This document shows positions 55,306-64,000 of a DNA stretch of 64,000 bases, one piece after another (within the stretch, counting starts at the first letter, position 1; each line of letters opens with the position of its first letter). A model generated the notes under the pieces. It worked only from the letters and a program-made list of their open reading frames with translations. It was not told the DNA's origin and ran no database searches. Both the position numbers and the translations under genes were made by a program. This stretch comes from Octopus vulgaris (Eukaryota): assembly GCA_951406725.2 (NCBI GenBank), contig OX597828.1, positions 19,034,001 to 19,098,000 of the forward strand. Direction: 5' to 3'.

Positions 55306-55359
55306 TTTTACCTGATGAATATGTTTGAGGTATTTCTCAGCATATGAAACTATTAGTAA
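55306..55359 (+). ncRNA. Hammerhead-like motif
   Basis: TTAC CTGATGA ATATGTTTGAG gtattt CTCAGCATAT GAAAC TATT A GTAA: intact core, 10-bp stem II, stem I TTAC/GTAA. Confidence 0.55.
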
Positions 55360-57404
55360 TATATAAAAACATGTATTGTGTCTATAAAATAATATTTATC
55401 CATCACCAGATGGAGTACTTTTTTTGTGGATCTTACCATCTTAGAACAGTGTGTTATATGTATATGTGCTGGTGTATGTGTGTGTGTGTGTTTTGAAAGA
55501 TTTCTGATGTGAAATCGTGTGTTAAAACAGATATTGTTAATTGTTATATTGTGGGATGGAGAGTCACTGAGGAGGTCACAGGTGTGTGACAAAAAAGATT
55601 TCCAGATGAAGGACACTAAAATGAAAATAATAATAATAAAGCTGACGCGAAGAAATGTGTGTGTGTGTGTGTAGCTGTCTATCTATCTATCTTTGTTGAC
55701 ATCGTGTGGTAGTTGATATCATGTGGTAGTTGCAGATTAATTGACATCATGTGGTAGTTGTGGATTAATGGCACAGTCTCATTGTTACATAAGCAGTGTT
55801 ATTCATTCCCAATTTTCTGCAAAGACATGTCTGGCCTTGGGGAAATATTACCTTGCTTGGTAAACAAAAAAAAAAAGATGAGGTTTAGTGACAGGAAGGA
55901 AATCCTACTTCAATGAACTCCGCCCAACCCCTGGAAACATGAAAGAAGGGGTATAAAAATGATAATGGTGGTGGTGGTGGTGGTGATGATGATGCGGAGG
56001 AGGAAAAGTTTCTAATATTGGCACAAGGCCTGAAGTTTGCAAGCGGTGGTGGTGGTGGTGGTGGTGATGGTGCGAGGGGCTTTAGTCAATTATGTTAGCC
56101 CTAATAGCTGGCCAGTAGCATATTTTATTGGCCCTGGAGGGGTAACAGGCAAAGTTGACCTCAGCAGCATTTGAACTCAGAATGCAAAAGAACCAGACCA
56201 AATGCCTTAAGGCATTTGGTCCATTTCTGTACTTTTATATTCCACTGCCCTTAGAATAATGATGACGATGATGATGATGAAGACGATGACAATGACGATG
56301 GTGGTGGTGGTGGTGGTACTGATGGCAACAACAACAACAATAACAATATTACTATTAAAATAATATTACTATTAATAATAATAATTAGAAGAAGAAGAAT
56401 ATCCATGACCAAATGCAAAATGTTTGGCCTTCATTCTTTTGTTTACGGTGCTTAATGTTTCCTTTTGGTATGCTTGGCCTCCTATGTAGGTTAATTGCTA
56501 TAATCATCTCCTCATCTCCATAACAATTAAGGTAAAATATCTTGATTGGGATCGATAAATTAATTGTACGGTTACCATGTTAACAAAATTGGCCATGTTT
56601 ATAATCATAGTAATAATAATAATAATAATAATGATAATAACAATAATGACAACAATGATGATGATGATGATGATCATGATGATCATGATGATGGTGATTG
56701 TTCCGCTATTCCCTAGGTTTTAATAAATTGATTGATTTATCAGCAAGCCGCGCTCTCTAATACAGAGATATTGGCAATGCCACATACATATACATATGTG
56801 TGTGTGTGTGTGTGTATAGTATCACAATTTACATGGCTAGTGTATTAAATTTAGGTTATGATACGATCCAGAATGGCTTTATCTCTCCTCTCAAAAACAT
56901 CTAAACATTATGATATGTCTGCTACAGATCATAGCCGAGCAGTGATGGGGATGGTGGTGGTGGTGGTGGCGGTGGCGGCGGTGGTGGTGGTGGTGGCGGT
57001 GGTGGTGGTGGTGGTAGGTGGGGGGGGGGGCATGAAGAGAGGAAGGAAGAGGAGGGAATGGAGAGAGAGAGAGAGAGATTGGTCTCCCCGCCACCACCCC
57101 TGTTGTCCACTGAATGATTTGTATGTTGTTGTTGTTGGTGGTGGTGATGGTGGTATTGTTGGGTAGCCCTAGTTCCTACCATTCCTACGTTTACCCCCCC
57201 ACCACCACCACCACCACAACCGCTAAGGTCAGCCCTGATTGAGAAGACCCAGCTTTGTTCCATATTGCTTGTCGGATCATCCGGAGTGGAAAAGAAAAGA
57301 AAGGAAAAGTAAAGCGAAAGGAAGATCTTGGGAATATGCAGCGATCCTCTGAGCGCATATCAAATTCTATGGATTGCTAATTTCTTGGCAGCAGCTGTAA
57401 AATG

Positions 57405-58015
57405 GCGGTGGTGGTGGTGGTGTTGGTGGTGGTGGCGGTGGTTGTGGTGGCAGAGGCAGCAATGGTGGTGGTGGTGGTGGTGGTGTTGGAAACAGTTGTT
57501 GTTGTTGTGATGGTGGTGGTGGTGGCGGTGGCAGAGGTAGCAGTGGTGGTGGTGGTGGTGGTGTTGGAAATTGTTGTTGTTGTTGTTGTGGTGGTGGTGG
57601 TGGGGGTAGTGGAGGTGGTTGTTGTTGTTGTGGTGGTGGTGGCAGTAGTGATGGCAGCAGTGGTGACAGTGTTGGAAGTGGTTGTTGTGTTGGTGGTGGT
57701 GGTGGTGGTGGTGGTAATGGCGGTAGAGGTGGTTGTTGTGGTGGTGGTGGTGATGGTGGCAGTTGTGATGGCAGTAGTGGTGATAGTGTTGGAAGTGGTT
57801 GTTGTCGTCGTTGTGTTGGTGGTGGTGGTGGTGGTGGTGGTGGTGGTGGTAGCTGTGCTGGCAGCAGTGACAGTGGCTGTAGTGGTGTTGGAGGCGATTG
57901 TAGTTGTGGTGGTGATGGTGGTGGCAGCGGAGGTGGTTGTTGTTGTGGTGGTGACGGTAGTGATGATGGTGGTGGTGGTGGTCATCATCATCGTCGTCGT
58001 CGTCATGGTGAAAGT
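57405..58015. repeat. (GTG/GTT/GCA)n compound trinucleotide tract
   Basis: Low-complexity tract giving poly-Val and poly-Thr ORFs. Confidence 0.9.
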
Positions 58016-58444
58016 TGGAGGTAGGAGCATTGATTGATTGATTAATTAAATACAGATGAAAGAGGAGTTCTTCAAAGGAGTCACAGAGTGGCAGGGATGC
58101 AGTTGTACTTAAGGAATGTAGTTGCTGGGGGGTATGGGGGGAATATATATCCTGCTTTTATTTGATACCTTTCACTGGTTTCAATGTATTTGGACTGCGG
58201 CCATGCTGCAGCACCACTAGCATAGCTGTGTGGTTTAGAAACTTGCTTCCCAACCATAAGGTCCTGCCTGGGTTCAGTTACCCCTGCATGGCACCTTAGG
58301 CAAGAATCTTCCACTCAAGACCTGGGTCAGCTTAAGCCTGCAAGTGGATTTGGTAGACTGAAACCAAAAGAAGCCCATTGTGTGTGTGTGTGTGTGTGTA
58401 TACACACACACACACATATATATTTATATACATACAGAGATTTA

Positions 58445-58495
<51 letters not shown>

Positions 58496-58692
58496 TATAA
58501 TATATACACATATATAATATTAAGATTAATATATATAATATCAAGATTAATCAGCCGAAATTGCGAGGATGATCCGGTTCTTGACTGAAGATTAGAGGCC
58601 TCGAATGACCTGTCTGTTTTTTTGTGTCGTCTATTTGAATGTTTTGCGTTCTTGTCCCATTTTGTATCTTATATATATTTTTTATACATATA

Positions 58693-58739
<47 letters not shown>

Positions 58740-60349
58740 AATATTCTTTTCTACTCTAGGCACAAGGCCCAAAATTTTTGGGGAGGGTGCCAGTCGATTA
58801 GATTGGTCCCAGTATGCAACTGGTACTTTATATATATAGAAAATATTATATGTATTATACATATACATATGATATTGTATATCATCATCATCATTATTAT
58901 CATTTAACATCCGTTTTCCATGACCTGCCTGCATTTTCTTTATTGTTCTTTTTGTTTGTTTTTATGCACTCTATCTCAGACTATGTTATCTAATATGAAC
59001 TTCCTAAGATAACACCTGGCTTGGTGTTTAAGACGTTTGGTTCTCAATCATAATATCTTGGGTTCAATTCCTTCACTGGGCTTTGCATCCTTGAGCAAGA
59101 CACTTCATATCACATTGCTCTTGTCTACTCAGCTGAAAATGAGTACCATGTATTTATTCATTTACCTCTCTATCTCACCCACACTTAACAAGGAAACTTC
59201 TCACACACTCTACCACAACAAACCAAACTACATCTCTTCTCTTCCTCACATTTCCACTTCATGCACTATGCTTACCGTCCACTCCCCAATCCTGTCCCCT
59301 TGGCCCTGTGCCAATGTATCACTGCTTTCTGCTAGCCCCACCGACCTGTGAGTTCCACCCACATGTAACAATAAAACTTTTCACACACCCTGCCCAACAA
59401 ATCACTCTACGTCTCTTCTTCACATTTCCTTCTTCATACACTATACCTAGCTCTCACTCACCAATCTTGCCCTCATGACCCTATTCTTCTGCATCATTGC
59501 TATCCAGTAACACCCCCACCGACTCTATATATACCCAGATTTTCACCACTCACTCTCCTCTCCATACTCTTTAATCACGCTTCCTTTGCAATATCCTTCC
59601 ACTTATATTATGATGTTCAAGCCTCAAGGGTATACCTTGGCACTTGCCACCATCTCTATCTCTCTCTTCCTTTACTCAACCATCCCATTTATATTCTGGT
59701 CCCTGTCCCTTGTGACTATGCCCAGCACTTTACCACCATCTCTATCCTGCTGTCTCCTACTCTCTTTCTCCTTCTCCTGTACTTCCCTCAGGTTGGGTAA
59801 TCATGTACCTCCTTTGCAATAGCGTACCTGTTTCTGTCTTCATTCCTGATCTCTCTCTCTCTCTCTCTCCTCCTCCTCCTCACCCAACCACTGGCTGGGT
59901 AAACTTGTACCTCCTCTACAGCAAAACACCTGCTCCTCTGTCTCTCTGTCTCATTATAACCTTTCATCACCTCCTCACCTCCAATGCACTCTCCCCTCTC
60001 AAAAGAGACCTTTTTGTCTTGCAAGTACTTGGTGACCCTGTCAGTGCAGGTGCCACTCAAGAGCACCCAGTCCACATTGTAAAGTGGCTGGTATTTGGAA
60101 GGGCATCCAGCTGTAAAAACCTTGCCAAAACTGATGTCACCTGTACTTGTGCCACGTAAAAAACACTATGTCCACTCTGCTGAGTGGTTGGTGTTAGGAA
60201 GGGCATCCAGCTGTAAAAATCCTGCCTAAACAGTTACAGAAGTCTGGTGCAGGCTTCTGCCTGGCTGACTCTTGTCAAACCATCCCACTCATGTGAGCAT
60301 GGAAGGCAGAGGTTAAACAATGATGATGATATATATATGTATATGTGTG

Positions 60350-60572
60350 TGTGTGTGTGTATGCTTGTGTGTCAGTGTTTGTCACCCCAAAATCACTTGT
60401 CCACCGATGGTGATGTGTTTACGTCCCCGTAACTTAGCAGTTCAGCAAAAGAGACCGATAGAATAAGTACTAGGCGTACAAAGAATAAGTCCTGGGGTCG
60501 ATTTGCTCGACTAAAGGCGGTGCTCCAGCATGGCCGCAGTCAAATGACTGAAACAAGTAAAAGAGAGTAAGA
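60350..60572 (+). mobile_element. SINE family A, 3' half
   Basis: Matches ~40900-41100. Confidence 0.8.
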
Positions 60573-61099
60573 GTATGAAGAAGTATATTTATTTTATTGT
60601 TTTCTTATAGTCGAGTTGTATTTCAATTTCGTGGTGGCGAGCTTGTTGCAGTTGTTATTGTCATTGCTGCTGCAGCTACAACTAACTGCTCTGCTGATAT
60701 CTGTCTGACACATACATTAATCTCATGATCTGTGCATTAGACATGCAAATCCTTTGTCTTGCAAACAAAAGGTCAGAACAAACTTCCAATGAAATTCTTT
60801 TGACCAATTTTTAAGCCTTTGTCATGAAACATCCAGGCTGTCTTTTGTTTCCATTTATTTTACTCCAAGATAAAATAACTTAGTTATCACTTTAACTAAC
60901 ATTTCGCTTCATAATTTTTATGAAATATATGAACAAAGCAGAGTAATACCGTATAATAATTTCTACGCATTGATAAACATCTTTTTATCACATCTTTCTT
61001 AAGAACAATCCCGATCGTGCTGTCTCTAAGATTTTCTTCAAAGGGTGTGTAGCTTTTACATTAATCAGGCTTGGATTTGAGTTACTAACTAAACAAAAT

Positions 61100-61135
<36 letters not shown>

Positions 61136-61204
61136 GTAATAATAATAATAATAATAACAATAATATTAGTAGTCATAATAATAATAATAATAATATTAGT
61201 AGTC

Positions 61205-61246
<42 letters not shown>

Positions 61247-61592
61247 GTGATGATGAGAATAGCAAAGATAATAATGATAATAAAAATAATGATGATGATG
61301 GTGATGATGACAATAATTTGAGAAAGAGAGATAAAATGGTGGAGTCATTAAGGTATTGTTTTACTGCCTTAAGGGTAGATAAGTTTAAACCCACTGCTGG
61401 GTTATTATTGTTTGTTTTTTTTTGTTTTTATTTATTTATTTATCCTTTTCATTTTTTTTTTTTGTTGTTGCAAGAAGGAGTCTTAATTGTCTGACAGAAA
61501 CATTTTTTAAAAGAATGTTATGTGTTAAAAGACTAGAAGACTAACATTCTGCAAAGATGGAAATTTATCTTTCTTCTTAATGCTATGAAAAC

Positions 61593-61824
61593 TAGACTTT
61601 TGGTCCTTTTTGGTCTTATGAAAGGATAAACTAGAACTAAATCCCATAAAAGCTTGTGCATAACATGCTACCATGTCAAATACATGTCCTGATATGGCAT
61701 CCCTAAATTAGACTTTTGGTCCTTTTTGGTCTTATGAAAGGATAAACTAGAACTAAATCCCATAAAAGCTTGTGCATAACATGCTACCATGTCAAATACA
61801 TGTCCTGATATGGCATCCCTAAAT
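61593..61824. repeat. Perfect tandem duplication, 2 x 116 bp
   Basis: Units start at 61593 and 61709 (tagacttttggtcc...catccctaaat). Confidence 0.93.
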
Positions 61825-62173
61825 TGACCTAAACATACATTTCTGTCTTAAGACTTTTAATTGGTCCTTGTTTCATACATTTAGCTTTGAAATTATTCCA
61901 TCAAATGTATTGCTTATTCACTCATGTTGTTTTGGACTAATCATGCATTATTTTGTAGCTCTGAGATTTCAGTGATATGATTGAATATTTCTAGATTGAT
62001 ATTGTAAGGTAGGTGTGAGAGGCTGAATCTGGTTAGTTTGAACAAAGAACAAGTAGAATATTCGAGCCTGGTTTAACCCTTTAGCATATAAACCAGCTAT
62101 ATCTGACCAAAATATTCTAACCTCTTTTATGTTTAAACCAGCCAGATTTGGCCTCTCACACCAGCCCTACAAT

Positions 62174-62550
62174 CCTGTAAAATTCTGTTGACTGTTCTTT
62201 GAGCCACTTCTTCACTACAGTTTTCACTTCCTCGTCACTGGAATAATGTTTGCTTCTCAAACCCTCTTTCATGGCACCGAAGAGATGATAGTCTGAAGGC
62301 GCTAAATCTGGTGAGTTTCGAGGTAGTGAAGCAGTGGCTCAAAGAACATTCAACAGAATTTTACAGGGCAGGGATACATGTTCTCATTTGAAGGTGGAAT
62401 ATTGCTATTGAGAGAAACAGTGACTATGTTGAGAAGTATGGATGTGATCCACAAAGGACCATTTTTATTTTGATATATGATACATGTTCCTGTGTTGGTA
62501 ATTATACCTGTCCTAAACAAAATGGCATTACTTTTTGACTCACCTTTGTA
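62174..62550. mobile_element. Rearranged mariner transposase 3' fragment with TIR
   Basis: Minus strand 62315-62174 reads SPDLAPSDYHLFGAMKEGLRSKHYSSDEEVKTVVKKWLKEQSTEFYR. Plus strand from 62323 reads VVKQWLKEHSTEFYRAGIHVLI*RWNIAIERNSDYVEK. Ends in the mariner-like TIR cattactttttgactcacctttgTA. Confidence 0.85.
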
Positions 62551-62829
62551 CATATATAATGTGTGTGTGTGCATGCATGCATGTGTCAGAGAGATGGGCT
62601 TCTTCAGTTTCTGTCTACCAGTTTTGCTCACAAGGTCTCAGTTAATTCATAACATTAATATATAGGACATTAACCAACAACATCTGCTCTGTTGGACTGA
62701 ACCTATAACCAGTTGCTTCCAAAGCAAACCTCTCAAACTACAGAGCCATACCTGCAACTCTATAAAATCTACTGCTAAAAAAAGGGATTTAAAAAAAAAA
62801 AGCTTTAAAAATAGTAAAGCTTTATTACA

Positions 62830-63224
62830 TCTCTCTCTATATATAAAGGTGAAGTTGTATGTGTATGGCAGGTTTGGTAGCCTTCAACTAACACTATCTC
62901 CTCCGAGACCCTGCAGGGCAAGTTGACCAAAATTTAGAGTATGATAGAAGAAGGCTTGCTTTTCCTTCTGTAGAAGAAAAAATTTAAATCAGACCGTGTT
63001 AACACCAAAAATTATTTACATCAAAAAGGTGCTTTTTTTTCTATGAAAATCCCTATTTTTTACGATTTTTTGACTGCTGTGTCTCCATTTTTCGGTGTAT
63101 TTCAACCAGAAAAATGTTCACTTAAAGAGAATAACAAGCTACATAATGCAATATTTTTACTTTTCAAAAATTCCAATTCTAAAGGGTCGAAACAAACCCG
63201 AGCAACGCCGGGCGATACTGCTAG
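62830..63224 (+). mobile_element. Non-autonomous Helitron, full length (~395 bp)
   Basis: A|TC 5' end (tctctctctatatataaa). Subterminal hairpin cccg-agcaacgc-cggg, then CTAG|T 3' end. AT target, no TSD. Confidence 0.85.
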
Positions 63225-64000
63225 TTATTAATAAAAGTGGGTGGAGGAAAAACCTTACACGTATTATATGTAGCATTAATTTCAATTATGATTTTGGTGA
63301 AGAAAAAGTGTATGTTATCTATTGAGTATTACGGTACTTAAAAGTTATGATCCATAACCACAAAATTTTTGATATTTTCATTATTTTCTTAACTCTATAA
63401 TGCCTGTTGTTAATAATTCTTAATGCTTCAAATATTACGCTCTTATGGGAAGGAAACAACAAAATTGAAAGCTTGGCTGAGTTCTAAGGATTCTGGATTC
63501 TTTATGTTTAAACAACGTTTATTGCATGAAAGCAATTATAATAGCAGGCGCTGTTGTTGTTACAGAATTATTAACATTTCAATAGTTCATGTGTATGTGT
63601 GTGAGTGATTTATTTCAAACATACGCTCTACCGTTAAATTAGCTGAAAATGGCTGATAAATATTCTTTTTCCTTGCATATTGGTAATTTTGGCTTTCTCT
63701 GATCATCTCATAGAATTCATTTGAAGGAACTCAAGTTATTGTCAATTATTGAGAATAGATGCTTAAAAAGGATTAAAACATAGAATGGTCCCCAAATTAT
63801 GGAATATTCACATTGTTTCGTTTTTGTTTTCTTTGGAAATTAATCAAAGAAAGAGAGAGAGAGGGAGGAGTAATGCTCAAGACCTTTGCCAGTAGTTTTT
63901 CCTCCCAGAATGGTAAGAGAGGTGTGTATGAGGCTCAGATATCTTTGGTGGGGAGGAAAACAAAGTTGTTGGTCAGTTTTATAAAATGTTAACCAACTGG

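Noticed and set aside
57377-58037. 217-aa poly-Thr (mucin-like) and 211-aa poly-Val ORFs
   Set aside because: Both strands are open simply because (GTG/GTT)n triplet repeats lack stops; no clear splice signals or unique domain.

Overview
AT-rich eukaryotic genomic DNA saturated with microsatellites ((TA)n, (TACA)n, (TAGA)n, (TAT)n, (CAT)n, (GTG)n) and interspersed repeats. The repeat repertoire looks like an octopus (coleoid cephalopod) genome; this is inferred, not proven. One convincing protein-coding segment is present: a 1035-nt first coding exon (36639-37673, +) encoding a signal peptide and most of a Sema domain of a plexin-like (plexin-B/Met-type) receptor. It has an acceptor at 36475-36476 and a GTGAGT donor at 37674; I recognised no further plexin exon in the following 26 kb. 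The rest is intronic or intergenic: four SINE families in many copies, a DD37D (maT) Tc1/mariner relic, mariner fragments and MITEs, a hAT MITE with a perfect 8-bp TSD, non-autonomous Helitrons, an R4/Dong-type RLE LINE fragment inside (TAA)n, and Penelope-like fragments. Highlights: (1) about ten hammerhead-ribozyme-like motifs with different stem II sequences, several next to inverted repeats; (2) an in-frame 23-codon uORF whose UAG directly abuts the plexin ATG, a candidate editing or readthrough switch; (3) several long near-perfect hairpins. Most ORFs in the supplied track are microsatellite artefacts. Repeat boundaries were read by eye and are approximate.
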